Virus record (IMG/VR): IMGVR_UViG_3300032246_002821
Coordinates: 1-64,000 of that record
DNA length: 64,000 nt
Reading direction: 5' to 3' (one strand)
From: a virus
Both the position numbers and the translations under genes were made by a program. Under the pieces are notes generated by a model. That model saw only the letters and a list, made by a program, of their open reading frames with translations. It ran no database searches and was not told the DNA's origin. Shown here one piece after another: positions 44,441 to 54,713 of this stretch; position 1 is the first letter of the stretch, and every line of letters begins with the position of its first letter.

Positions 44441-47400
44441 TCAACTATTTCTGGGCGATACATCAAATTGACCGTCGGGCCCTGAACCGCCCCAACCAGT
44501 TGTTTCGTTTCTGTCCATTCCAGTTTTCATTGTTTTGAGTATGGCCTGGAATTGGTTACGTATCTTGTCCAGCAAAGGAGCCAACACCTGGCTTCCCAAC
44601 AATGTGGTGCCCAATGCATCCACATTGGATGGTGTCACTTGGCTGAGCATCTCCAACATACCATATACCATCTGATCTGTCAGGAAGGGATTATCATATT
44701 TGGTTGTACCGATGCTGCCGTATAGGATTTTATTACACAGGCTCAGCATCGTGCCCACGAACATCTCATTATTGGTCAGTAATAACCCTTTTTCGTCTAT
44801 GGTGGCAAACAGGTTCTGGCTACGGTTCAGTCCCACCACATAGCACTTGTTACCGATGACCAGTGTATTACGGCCTACAACTTGGCTCAACACATCCATA
44901 CCTATGGTTTTCTTTACCTGCTCGCTGGTGTTGGCCCATTGTATGTCGTAATATGCTTCGTCGGCCTGTGCAGGCAACATATGAGCAGGATCGTTTCCGC
45001 TGTTGATCAATGCTGTATTTCTCAACTGTATATAGATGTCATCTGGATTTTGTGGTGCAGGAGGATCCAACAACACATCAGGCACTATGGGCATTTCGCC
45101 ATTGTAAACAGTCTGGGCGAAACCATAGGGATCATTGTAATATTTGCTCCTGGGCAGATCGAATCGACCTGTGTCTATACCCAGCTCTGTCAATAATTCT
45201 TTGTTTTTACCCTGACGCATAGCTGCTTTTATGCTGTCTCCCCAGATGTCATCGGTGGCAACTCGTTCGAGGAAATGTCCCATTTCTCCATAACCCATAT
45301 TCATTCCGTGATAGGGCAGCTGGCTTGCGAACACGAATGCGTTGGTGGGGTTCTGATCCAGTCCATCTGTGTTGAAATGATCTATACCGAAAGTCTTGCT
45401 CATATGGTTTTCTTTAAGCAACTGAGCACAACTGGCCAAATGCGCTGCTTCGCTGGCAGCAAGCAGTTTTTTCAATGTGGGATCAGTCGTGTTTTTTATC
45501 ACAGTCAGCTGTGCTTCCACATAAGGGATGAAATCTGTAAGACAAGCGTCCAGACTGGTATAAACTATACCATCATAAGGGGTGGTGCCGAAATCGTGGA
45601 TCACTGGCAGACCAGTTGCACCCAGCGGCACTGCATTGCCATCAGCATCTGTGACATTGCTCAGATATTGAGTGCTGGTGCTGGTATCTCCAGTGATGGG
45701 ATTGGTTATAGTTTTGGTTGGCAGTGTACCTGTCAAACCTCCTGTCAAACTGTTGCTGACATCCGCTGCGTTCACCACTTTTGTCAGTTTATTAGTGGGA
45801 GCACCAGCCCAGGGCACACTCACTTTAGGTGTGATAACGATAGTGTCCACATTAGTGCTGCCAGCTGGAGGTGTGCCTCCACCTGATACACTTGTTCCGT
45901 CAGGAGCAGGTACATTATAGAGACCGTTTATTATGTTGTGCATGATATTCAATCTGCGTTGAAGTTCCTGCCCATCAGTGGTGGCCATCACCGCATCATT
46001 GGCCGCGATGATATGTGGCAGAGTGTCGTTATGCACATAACCAGCACAAGTACCCATGAAATCTGCCATAGTTATTTCGCCTATGGTACCGCCACCGAAA
46101 CCATATGTGCTCTGTATCTCGTCTACGGCAGGCTGATAGTATGGCGTGCTCATCTGGCTCACGTGGTTCAGATCCAGGCCAGGATCCACTTTGCTCAACA
46201 CCATACCCACCTGTTGGAAATTTTCAGCTCTGGTGATGCCCAGGCTCATGAAGTGTTCGCCCAGTTCTTTGAAGTTATTGTGCGGACTGCTCTGGCTCAT
46301 ATTGGGCATCATGGTCTTGTAATCTGTCAGCTGTCCCAGATGTGTAACAGGTGTGCTCACATTGAAATGGCTGCTGACACTAGCCACTGCTGTGGGATCG
46401 CTGATCTGTGTCAGCACATTCTGCACACTCTTGTCGTACCTGGGATCATCCACGCCTGCCAGAGGCACACCAGCTGTGACCAATTTGGTAGTGAGACCTG
46501 TCTTGGTTCCCAGACCAGCATTGAGTATCTGATTGGCCACGTTGCCAGGTTGCATAAGCCTGGTGGGATTACTGGTGCTGAATGTGCCCATATTCAGCAT
46601 ATCAGTGCTGGCGCCAGCAAGATTCCTGGTTAGACTGGTCACTCCATAACTTAGCACATCATTCATATTGCGGAAATTGGCCCCCAACGCACCAGGACCT
46701 TGGGTACCGAATTTTGCCGCACTGGCTTCACTAGCTGCGCCCACCATCTGATTGGCTATGCCGCTATAAGCGTTGGATACGCCCAGATTGTTCATCATTG
46801 CATTGAGGCCGCCGCCCACTGCACCCCCCACCATATTATTGGCCACGTTCTTGATCATACCCTGGAGTCCACCATTGGCCGCGAACTGCTGCATCACGTT
46901 GGGCAGATTCATGGGATTTTGCATTATTGCATTGAGGGGCGCCATCAGTTGTCCCAGTGCTCCATTGATAGCACCATTTGCGATGCCAGCCAGCTGTGGT
47001 GGCAACACTCCTGTGAGGCTGGGTAGTATGCTACCGCCCAGTTGGCTTATCTGTTGCATTATGGGGCCAGTGATGCTGCTCATAGCACTGCCCAATGCTC
47101 CCTGAGCGAATCCACCCAGGCCCTGCCCGCTCATTATGCCGCTGATGCCGCCCTGCAAGGCACCCTTCATCATATCGCCAGCCACACCTGTGATCCCAGC
47201 TGCTCCCAGCGCATTGGTCAACTGGCTGGTCAGTCCATTGGTTGCCATTCCCAGTGCGTTCTGTAATCCAGCTGCGCTCATGAGACTGGCGGGATTCATC
47301 CCGCTGCTGGCACAGCCAGCACCTCCCGCGCCTGGTGCGCCGGGCATACCAGGAGGACCTCCTGCTGCACCAGCAGGTGGTTTGGCATTGGGATCTATGT

Positions 47401-47950
47401 TTTGATCAATGAGGCTGTTTGTACCTGTACCAGCCACTTTAGCACTGTCACCGCCATTGCTGTTTAATTGATCTGCCCAGGTGGTTTTGCTGTTGTTGGT
47501 AAACCCTTGCAAACCACTCACATACTGGGCTAATTCTGCATCACTTGCACCATTTTTCACCAGTTCGCCATATTTTTGCACCGCTTGGCAATTACCACAG
47601 GCGTAACTCATTGCCACACCGATAGCCTGGGCATTGGGACTGGCGTTCTCGATGGCACCACCGCTTGCTTTATAAATGTTCTGATAGTACTGATCGCTGG
47701 CTTGGTATTGCAGTGTAGCCAGTGCTGTAGGTTGATCTATCTTGGTGTCTGGCGTGACAGTGGTCAATCGTCCTGTGTTGGGATCTATATACTGGCTGGT
47801 GCCTCCCACACGCCAGGCGCTGAAACTGCCGTCACGTACATTGGTATCAGCGTGAGCACTCAATAATTGACCACTTCTAGGGATAGCACCTTCGGTACTA
47901 TTGATAACTTTCATAGCCTGTACCAGGCCTGGTCCTTGTAGTGTTGCCAT
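44441..47950 (-). CDS. Large structural protein (tail/baseplate hub or tape-measure-like) with a possible lysozyme-like N-terminus
   Basis: 1169 aa; Gly/Ala/Met-rich helical middle; lies downstream of the PAAR and fibre genes. Confidence 0.55.
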   Translation of the reverse strand: MATLQGPGLVQAMKVINSTEGAIPRSGQLLSAHADTNVRDGSFSAWRVGGTSQYIDPNTGRLTTVTPDTKIDQPTALATLQYQASDQYYQNIYKASGGAIENASPNAQAIGVAMSYACGNCQAVQKYGELVKNGASDAELAQYVSGLQGFTNNSKTTWADQLNSNGGDSAKVAGTGTNSLIDQNIDPNAKPPAGAAGGPPGMPGAPGAGGAGCASSGMNPASLMSAAGLQNALGMATNGLTSQLTNALGAAGITGVAGDMMKGALQGGISGIMSGQGLGGFAQGALGSAMSSITGPIMQQISQLGGSILPSLTGVLPPQLAGIANGAINGALGQLMAPLNAIMQNPMNLPNVMQQFAANGGLQGMIKNVANNMVGGAVGGGLNAMMNNLGVSNAYSGIANQMVGAASEASAAKFGTQGPGALGANFRNMNDVLSYGVTSLTRNLAGASTDMLNMGTFSTSNPTRLMQPGNVANQILNAGLGTKTGLTTKLVTAGVPLAGVDDPRYDKSVQNVLTQISDPTAVASVSSHFNVSTPVTHLGQLTDYKTMMPNMSQSSPHNNFKELGEHFMSLGITRAENFQQVGMVLSKVDPGLDLNHVSQMSTPYYQPAVDEIQSTYGFGGGTIGEITMADFMGTCAGYVHNDTLPHIIAANDAVMATTDGQELQRRLNIMHNIINGLYNVPAPDGTSVSGGGTPPAGSTNVDTIVITPKVSVPWAGAPTNKLTKVVNAADVSNSLTGGLTGTLPTKTITNPITGDTSTSTQYLSNVTDADGNAVPLGATGLPVIHDFGTTPYDGIVYTSLDACLTDFIPYVEAQLTVIKNTTDPTLKKLLAASEAAHLASCAQLLKENHMSKTFGIDHFNTDGLDQNPTNAFVFASQLPYHGMNMGYGEMGHFLERVATDDIWGDSIKAAMRQGKNKELLTELGIDTGRFDLPRSKYYNDPYGFAQTVYNGEMPIVPDVLLDPPAPQNPDDIYIQLRNTALINSGNDPAHMLPAQADEAYYDIQWANTSEQVKKTIGMDVLSQVVGRNTLVIGNKCYVVGLNRSQNLFATIDEKGLLLTNNEMFVGTMLSLCNKILYGSIGTTKYDNPFLTDQMVYGMLEMLSQVTPSNVDALGTTLLGSQVLAPLLDKIRNQFQAILKTMKTGMDRNETTGWGGSGPDGQFDVSPRNS

Positions 47951-49254
47951 TATGTACTAGTTCCTGATATGCTGGCGTAGAGATTGGTCAGAGCCGATCC
48001 TTTGACGCCCAAGTTTGCCAATTCCATGATATTGACACTGCTGGGATAAAACACCGGTGGGCTGAATTGGGCGGTGGCTGGCTCGAAAGTATCGCTGACA
48101 ACGTTTAGCACACCAGGTATGGCTATGGGTGCTCCAGTGCTACGCATATGTTTCAAACCAGGAGCCGGTACCCGTAATTTGGGATCTTGTGAGGCACCTA
48201 TGTTTACCACGCTGGTCTGAGCTAATATATCAGCACTGCCGCTCTTGCTGAAATATCCTTTGAGTGTTTGCTGGTCATCTGCCACGCTGGGAATAGATGC
48301 GCCCATCAGTCTTGCTATATGGTCGTGATTGGTGTATGGTTTAAGATTCTTCAAACCTTGCTGGAAATTTTCAGGTGCACTTTGGGCCAACTCTTGTAGT
48401 TGCTGGCTCATATGTAAACTGTCGTGTACGTAAGAAATATCGCTGCCGAATACCCTGGTATCGCTCTCGAAATCTCTTAGATGTGTACCGCCGGCATCGC
48501 TGCCAGCTATTCCTTGGCCGTGATTATATGTGGTTGTGAGGTTGCCACTTATGGCACTGTTATTAGCTATAGTAGCTGGTAGATGAACAAATATACCAGT
48601 GATGGGGTCTTGCATAGGTGGATGATAATTATGTACCATATCAGCACCGCTCAATAATCCACTAGTGGTAAAATCATAAAGGGGTTTATTAAAAGTATGT
48701 ATAGCGCCGCTGACATTCGCATCATTGCTTTGCAAAGATCTTTGTTTGTCGTAATTGTCCACGATCCAATAGCTGACATTACTTACAACACTCACACTGG
48801 GTTTTTCCAGGTATAGTTGTGTGTTGCTTACTATCATTCCCACACGGCCCAGGAAGATATTAGCCACGCTAGTGGTCACACTGATGTTGGGAATATACAA
48901 GTCCTGTCCTGTCTTGATATTTGCTATGAAATAAGTGTTGTATCCTGATACAGTGGCATTGGTGCCGTAGGTGGTGATGTTGCCCACGCTGTTGTAGTTG
49001 TATACCAAGTTGGGATAGAACTGGATAGCACGGTAGCTGCTGCCAGTTATGGCAACATTGGCATTAGCGGTTAAAACCATGCTGTTGTTGTTGCTGACAT
49101 AACTGACATAGCCCACAAACACCCCAGTGCTGTTGGCAATATAGCTGCCTCTGCTGAAGTTGTTGACAAATTTGGTGTTGGATCCAGTGACCACATTGCT
49201 TGTTTTACTACAAGTGACAGTGCCATTGGGACTCAGGTTGGCTGTATAAGGCAT
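47950..49254 (-). CDS. Tail/baseplate structural protein
   Basis: Duplicated V-T-G-x-N-T-x-F module; likely start MPYTA at 49254. Confidence 0.55.
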   Translation of the reverse strand: MPYTANLSPNGTVTCSKTSNVVTGSNTKFVNNFSRGSYIANSTGVFVGYVSYVSNNNSMVLTANANVAITGSSYRAIQFYPNLVYNYNSVGNITTYGTNATVSGYNTYFIANIKTGQDLYIPNISVTTSVANIFLGRVGMIVSNTQLYLEKPSVSVVSNVSYWIVDNYDKQRSLQSNDANVSGAIHTFNKPLYDFTTSGLLSGADMVHNYHPPMQDPITGIFVHLPATIANNSAISGNLTTTYNHGQGIAGSDAGGTHLRDFESDTRVFGSDISYVHDSLHMSQQLQELAQSAPENFQQGLKNLKPYTNHDHIARLMGASIPSVADDQQTLKGYFSKSGSADILAQTSVVNIGASQDPKLRVPAPGLKHMRSTGAPIAIPGVLNVVSDTFEPATAQFSPPVFYPSSVNIMELANLGVKGSALTNLYASISGTST

Positions 49255-49541
49255 TAGGGTCCTATGATCACCTGGGCTTTTACTGGTATCATTTTGTGTT
49301 TGCAGATATCGTGATTGCCTAGATAAGCTGCTGGTCTGCCATTGATTATGACCGAATGGCTGCAATTCAAAACGATAGGATTGGGAGGATGTTTTCTTTT
49401 CTTGCCAGATGGATGCGGTGTAACCATATCGCCCTTGCGGCCAGCTGGTTTACCGTTAAAGATAGTATCCAAAGCACCCATAAATTGTTTACCACGTGCG
49501 GTATTAAAACTACCCAATACACTGGGAAAAAATCCTGCCAT
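49254..49541 (-). CDS. PAAR-motif spike-tip protein
   Basis: FNGKPAGRKGD...HPPNP...INGRPAAYLG...CKH. Confidence 0.85.
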   Translation of the reverse strand: MAGFFPSVLGSFNTARGKQFMGALDTIFNGKPAGRKGDMVTPHPSGKKRKHPPNPIVLNCSHSVIINGRPAAYLGNHDICKHKMIPVKAQVIIGP

Positions 49542-49553
49542 TTTTATCTCCTG

Positions 49554-49862
49554 TTATAGAGCTTTGGCAATAGTCAACCCTGTGGTTTTAGCCAGGTATT
49601 GATTAGCCAACTCTGATTCTGTAGGACCGTGAAAGGCCACTGCGTGTTTATTTAACACCACAGAAGCAGCGTTGGGGCCCATGCTAAAAACCGCAGGTGC
49701 TAGACCAAAACCGCCTTGTGGCGTATTGATCAGTACGTGCGGTTTGGTTAGTCTATAGTAAGTATCGGTTTCTTCTGCGATCCTGGCGACTACTTCCTCG
49801 CCAGCAGTGGTTTTGAGAGTGACTACATCGTTGGCTTCATAACTTGTTTTCGTTAATAACAC
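49554..49862 (-). CDS. Conserved phage protein (Sm-like fold suspected)
   Basis: VVTLKTTAGEEVVAR...LTKPHVL...GLAP. Confidence 0.55.
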   Translation of the reverse strand: MLLTKTSYEANDVVTLKTTAGEEVVARIAEETDTYYRLTKPHVLINTPQGGFGLAPAVFSMGPNAASVVLNKHAVAFHGPTESELANQYLAKTTGLTIAKAL

Positions 49863-50103
49863 GTTTATTTTCCTGGATATCTGAGGGATGCAACTGGGTC
49901 AGTCCAGTATAGCCACCCTCTACCAGTAATTTATCGTTATAGTATAGCTGTGGTACCGTTTTGTGACCTTGAGCTGTCAACCATTCCCTGAGATCAGGGT
50001 TCTTGGTGATGTTGACTTCTTCGTACTGTTCGCCTAGCTTTTTGAGATATGCTTTTGCGCCGTCACAATAGGGACAAAAATCTTTGGTATATACTATTAT
50101 CAC
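49837..50103 (-). CDS. grx: Glutaredoxin
   Basis: CPYC active site, TVPQ, GGY. Confidence 0.9.
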   Translation of the reverse strand: MIIVYTKDFCPYCDGAKAYLKKLGEQYEEVNITKNPDLREWLTAQGHKTVPQLYYNDKLLVEGGYTGLTQLHPSDIQENKRVINENKL

Positions 50104-50861
50104 TTGCGGTCCCCCATAAGCTGTAGCAAGCTAGTAAAGATGTTTACAAAATCCAGATAAAGATTCAATGCACCAAATACACCAGCTTTTTCACGCTCGT
50201 CTCCCCACAGATCATAATATGTCTGCTTGATCTGTTGCATATCCCAGGCAGTCAAACCTGTGAAGATGATAACACCCAGCGCCGAGCAGATCATCTGTAA
50301 TGCACTGCTCTGCAGGAAGATGTTAACCAATCCAGCGATGATGATCCCGAAAAGGCCCATCATCAAAAAACTGCCCATATTACTAAGATCGCGTTTGGTT
50401 GTATAGCCCCACAATGCGGTGGTGCCGAATGTAGCGGCTGTGATGAAGAACACCTGGGCAATGCTGGCCATGGTATAAGCCACAAAAATACTGCTGAGGC
50501 TGAGTCCCATCAGGGCACTGAACACAAACAGGCAGATCTTCGCTGTGTCTAAGCTCATGCTATTGGCTTTGAACCCCATGAAAAACGCCATACCCAGTGG
50601 TGCCAGCATAACCACCCAAGCCACCGGTGTGCCCCATATGGCAGCGATCAATGCTGGTGTGGTTCCCACGATGAAAGCGATGGCACCACTGATGGCCAGT
50701 GCTGCTGTCATATAATTAAAAACACCGATCAAATAACGACGTAATCCTTGATCGTATGATTGTACACTATCTGTGTAATTGTCGTACATTGTCATCTCCT
50801 TATAATTTGAATCCTGCGAATGTATTATTGTCCACGTCTTGCACTGTGCCACCCTGGACAT
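50100..50861 (-). CDS. Bax inhibitor-1/YccA family membrane protein
   Basis: Seven TMs; GLRRYLIGVFNYM, YTTKRDLS, AWDMQQIK, ALNLYLDFVNIF. Real start probably near 50795. Confidence 0.9.
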   Translation of the reverse strand: MSRVAQCKTWTIIHSQDSNYKEMTMYDNYTDSVQSYDQGLRRYLIGVFNYMTAALAISGAIAFIVGTTPALIAAIWGTPVAWVVMLAPLGMAFFMGFKANSMSLDTAKICLFVFSALMGLSLSSIFVAYTMASIAQVFFITAATFGTTALWGYTTKRDLSNMGSFLMMGLFGIIIAGLVNIFLQSSALQMICSALGVIIFTGLTAWDMQQIKQTYYDLWGDEREKAGVFGALNLYLDFVNIFTSLLQLMGDRK

Positions 50862-51903
50862 AACTGCTTATTTCGGTCTCCTGTGGCGCGACCTGAACAT
50901 CAGATCCAGCGATCCATTTCTGCGTCCAAGGCAGTGGATTACTTTTTGTGGCATATGGCTGACCCAGGCCCACTGCCTGCATACGCTTGTTGGCGATGAA
51001 TTCCACATATTCGGCCAACAACTGATAGTTGAGACCGATCATGCTGCCATCTTTGAACAGATATTGCGCCCAGGCCTTTTCCTGCTGCACAGCATCATCG
51101 AATAATTTAAGAGCTTCATCCCGGCATTCTACTTCGATCTTGGCATAATCAGGATCGTCCTTGGGCAGGATTTTCAGCAATGTCTGAGTGCTGGCCAGAT
51201 GCAGATTTTCATCACGAGCGATGAACTTGATGATCTTGGCGTTGCCTTCCATCTTCTTGAGCTCAGCAAACGCCCAACTACAAGCGAAGCTGACGTAGAA
51301 CCTGACACCCTCCAGGATGTTCACGCTCATCAAGCAAAGCCACAGGGCTTTCTTGTGCTCATATTCATTGCCTTTGTAGGCTTCTGGATCGTGTGCCATC
51401 ATGTTATTGTAGTGGATCAGTTTGTCATACCAACGACTGATGTCACCGGCGCAATCCACGATCTCCTGGATGTCCATGAGTTCGTCGAAAACCTTGCTTG
51501 GGTTTGCATACACGTTGCGGATAATGTGAGTGTAGCTACGACTGTGGATGGTCTCTGAAAATGTCCAGGTGGTGATCCAGCTCTCCAGTTCAGGCAGGCT
51601 GCACACAGGCCCAAACGCCACCATTGGAGCGCGGCCCTGTACACTATCCAGCAGGATCTGGCGTTTCAGGTTACTAGTGAAAATATGCTGTTCGTGTTCT
51701 GTCAGGTCCTTGAAGTCCTTGGCGTCACGTAGTGTGTCCACTTCCTGTGGCAACCAAAAAAATCCCAGTTGCTTCTCTGTCAGCTTATCGAACTGCTTGT
51801 ACTTCATGGTGTCGTAACGCTGGATGGTCACGCCACCATTGGGGTCCAAAAATGCCAGACTCTGAGTGTGATCACTTTTATTTTCGGTATCAAAAACGCT
51901 CAT
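50800..51903 (-). CDS. nrdB: Ribonucleotide reductase class Ia beta subunit
   Basis: FFWLPQEV, LDSVQGR, ETIHSRSY, NILEGVRFYVSF, RDENLH, VAPQETE. Confidence 0.96.
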   Translation of the reverse strand: MSVFDTENKSDHTQSLAFLDPNGGVTIQRYDTMKYKQFDKLTEKQLGFFWLPQEVDTLRDAKDFKDLTEHEQHIFTSNLKRQILLDSVQGRAPMVAFGPVCSLPELESWITTWTFSETIHSRSYTHIIRNVYANPSKVFDELMDIQEIVDCAGDISRWYDKLIHYNNMMAHDPEAYKGNEYEHKKALWLCLMSVNILEGVRFYVSFACSWAFAELKKMEGNAKIIKFIARDENLHLASTQTLLKILPKDDPDYAKIEVECRDEALKLFDDAVQQEKAWAQYLFKDGSMIGLNYQLLAEYVEFIANKRMQAVGLGQPYATKSNPLPWTQKWIAGSDVQVAPQETEISSYVQGGTVQDVDNNTFAGFKL

Positions 51904-51912
51904 AATAACCTC

Positions 51913-54237
51913 TTAAATGGTGCAGCTTTCACAGTCTGCTTCGTTGACATCTGGTAATTCTACTACATCTGGAACAAACTTGTCAATGTTTATTTCGCCC
52001 TGACCGTCATAGGTGTTGAAGTAGTAAAGGGTCTTTGTGCCGTATTTGTAGCACATGAGCAGATGTTTCAGCATCTCGCTCATTGGTATCTTTTCGTCCG
52101 CATAATGCTGCGGATTATAACTGGTGTTGACACTGATGGCCTGGTCGATGTATTTCTGCAACACAGCACACAGCTTCAGATAACCTTCTGGGCTTTTCTG
52201 ATCCCACAGCAGCTCATACTTGTTTTTCAGCTTTTTAAATTCAGGCACAACCTGACGCAGTGCGCCGTGCTTGCTCTGTTTGATACTGATAAGACTGCGT
52301 GGAGGTTCGATACCATTGGTAGCATTGGCCACCTGTGCTGATGTTTCAGCAGGCATCAGTGCCATCAGTGTGCTGTTGCGGATGCCGGTTTCCTTCAGCT
52401 GTTCACGCAGGCTGTTCCAGTCCATGCGTTCAGTATGAGGCACCAGTTCATCCACTTCTTTCTTGTAAGTGTCGATAGGCAGGATGCCTGTGTGATATTT
52501 GGTCTGGCTGCTGAGTGGTGCTGCTCCCTTCTCACGAGCCAGGTCGGCTGATGCTTTGATCAGATAATAACTCCAGGCTTCGGCATATTCGTCTACCACA
52601 GCCAGTGCCGCTGGATCCGAATACTTGAGATCGTTCTTGGCCAGGAAGTAGGCAAAGTTGATGATGCCGATACCCAGTGGACGACGATTCATTGTGCTGA
52701 TCTCTGCGGCGATAACAGGATACTTCTGGTAGTCCAACAGTTCGTCCAGTCCACGCACAGCCAGGTCACACATCTTGGCGAAGTCGTGTGGTTCTTTCAC
52801 ATTGCCCCAGTTGATTGCTGATAATGTACACAGGCTTATCTCACCTTCAGGGTCGGCACTGTGTTGCAGTGGTTTTGTGGGCAGTGTGATTTCACAGCAC
52901 AGGTTGCTCTGGCGCACAGGGCTGGTGCTTTCCAGGAAACTGCTGTGTGTGTTGGCGTGATCCACATTCATCAGATAGATGCGACCGGTGTTCTTGCGTT
53001 CTTCCATGAACATACTGAACAGGTCCACTGCTTTGAATGTCTTCTTGCGGATCTTGGTGTTCTTTTCTGCTCGCTCATAAAGTTCCTTGAACCGGTCCTG
53101 ATCGTTGAAGAAAGCCTCATACATACCAGGTACTTCGTGTGGACTGAAGCAAGTGATGTCGCCACCTGTGAGTAATCTCTCATACATCAGCTTGTTGAAC
53201 TGCACACCATAATCCATATGGCGGATGCGAGTGTCTTCCGTGCCTTTGTTATTTTTGAGCACCAACAGGTCTTCCACTTCCAGATGCCATATGGGATAAT
53301 ACAATGTGGCAGCACCATTACGCACACCGCCCTGGCTGCAACTACGCACAGCACTCTGCAGGTGTTTCCAGAAAGGAATGACACCAGTGTGGCTGGTATC
53401 GCCATTACGCACGGCTGAACCGATGGCACGGATACGTCCAGCATTGATACCGATGCCAGCTTTCTGGCTCACATATTTGACGATACTGGTGGCTGTGGCA
53501 CTGATGCTGTCCAGGCTGTCGTCTGTCTCGATCAGCACACAACTGCTGAACTGGCGTTGTGGTGTACGGACACCTGCCATGATGGGAGTGGGCAAACTGA
53601 TGTCGTGCTTGCTGATGGCATCATAGTAATCCCGCACATATTTCATACGAGTAGCTTGGGGATAACGACTGAACAGGGTGGCAGCGATCAGCGCATAGGC
53701 CACCTGAGGTGTTTCTTTGATTTCACCAGTGACACGGTTCTGTACCAGGTACTTGCCACGCAGTTGCTCCATGGCCACATAAGTCAGGGTCTGGTCACGG
53801 TCGTGGTCCACGAACTTGTCGATCTGTTCCCATTCCGCTTCGGTATAATCTGTCAGCAGGCTGGGATCATAGAATCCTTCTTTGACATTCTTCTTGATCA
53901 GCGTCAGCAGTGGCCAGGGCTGATAATCATTGTACACTTCCTTACGCAGGTGATAATTGACCAGACGACCTGCCACATACTGATAGTGTGGTGCTACTTC
54001 GCTGATCAGATCTGCCGCCGCTTTGATCAGGGTTTCCTGGATTTCAGTGGTCTTGATGTTGTTGTATAGTTGGATCTGGCTTTTGATTTCCACTTCACTT
54101 GCACTTACGCCTGGCAAATTCTCCGTGGCCCAAAACACCACTCTGTGAAACTTCTCTAGATCTAGTAGTTCTTTTCTTCCGTCACGCTTTGTTACATTGA
54201 TACCGCGGCTGGCAATCATTATCTGGTCCTTTTTCAA
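51913..54237 (-). CDS. nrdA: Ribonucleotide reductase class Ia alpha subunit with ATP-cone
   Basis: VTKRDG ATP-cone, PTPIMAG, QFSSC, SNLCCEI, CTLSAIN, MPAETS, TLYY. Confidence 0.97.
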   Translation of the reverse strand: MKKDQIMIASRGINVTKRDGRKELLDLEKFHRVVFWATENLPGVSASEVEIKSQIQLYNNIKTTEIQETLIKAAADLISEVAPHYQYVAGRLVNYHLRKEVYNDYQPWPLLTLIKKNVKEGFYDPSLLTDYTEAEWEQIDKFVDHDRDQTLTYVAMEQLRGKYLVQNRVTGEIKETPQVAYALIAATLFSRYPQATRMKYVRDYYDAISKHDISLPTPIMAGVRTPQRQFSSCVLIETDDSLDSISATATSIVKYVSQKAGIGINAGRIRAIGSAVRNGDTSHTGVIPFWKHLQSAVRSCSQGGVRNGAATLYYPIWHLEVEDLLVLKNNKGTEDTRIRHMDYGVQFNKLMYERLLTGGDITCFSPHEVPGMYEAFFNDQDRFKELYERAEKNTKIRKKTFKAVDLFSMFMEERKNTGRIYLMNVDHANTHSSFLESTSPVRQSNLCCEITLPTKPLQHSADPEGEISLCTLSAINWGNVKEPHDFAKMCDLAVRGLDELLDYQKYPVIAAEISTMNRRPLGIGIINFAYFLAKNDLKYSDPAALAVVDEYAEAWSYYLIKASADLAREKGAAPLSSQTKYHTGILPIDTYKKEVDELVPHTERMDWNSLREQLKETGIRNSTLMALMPAETSAQVANATNGIEPPRSLISIKQSKHGALRQVVPEFKKLKNKYELLWDQKSPEGYLKLCAVLQKYIDQAISVNTSYNPQHYADEKIPMSEMLKHLLMCYKYGTKTLYYFNTYDGQGEINIDKFVPDVVELPDVNEADCESCTI

Positions 54238-54713
54238 ACTGGTAGGTGGTCAATAGTTACTGTGTTTATTAGATCGACTTCAGGGCCGATAGTGGAGATA
54301 TTTACCACGGCACCCAATTGGTAATTAAGCATATATTTCCCACTCTCACAGTTGACTAAATTAAGGTATTGGTGATTTTTTCTATCTTTGTAGCATTGTA
54401 ACACCATCGTGTCACGATGTCTATAATCGCTGTAGTATAAGGTATAGAACATTCCCAGCGCACGAGCGCAATCGCAATAATGACCTGCACCTATCAGTGA
54501 CCAGGCATCTGGCCAGTCCGTGGGATCATCCAAATTGAGATAACGATGTTCCAGTGGGCACTGGGCCCAATCGGCGGCAACCTGACTGACATAATCAGGT
54601 TGCAGATTTTTTCTATAATTTCGCCAATTAAGGATTCGATCTTCAGTACGTCCGTTAAACCATTTCCAAGTATCTGATTGCATAGTTGAGAGTGCCAGTT
54701 CCGTTGGTATCAC
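54234..54713 (-). CDS. Hypothetical protein (possible transglutaminase-like Cys fold)
   Basis: WPDAWSLI...HYCDCARALGMFYTL resembles BTLCP-type motifs. Confidence 0.45.
   Translation of the reverse strand: MIPTELALSTMQSDTWKWFNGRTEDRILNWRNYRKNLQPDYVSQVAADWAQCPLEHRYLNLDDPTDWPDAWSLIGAGHYCDCARALGMFYTLYYSDYRHRDTMVLQCYKDRKNHQYLNLVNCESGKYMLNYQLGAVVNISTIGPEVDLINTVTIDHLPV

Noticed and set aside
50800-54237. Introns, inteins or homing endonucleases in nrdA/nrdB
   Set aside because: Both are uninterrupted and of normal length.
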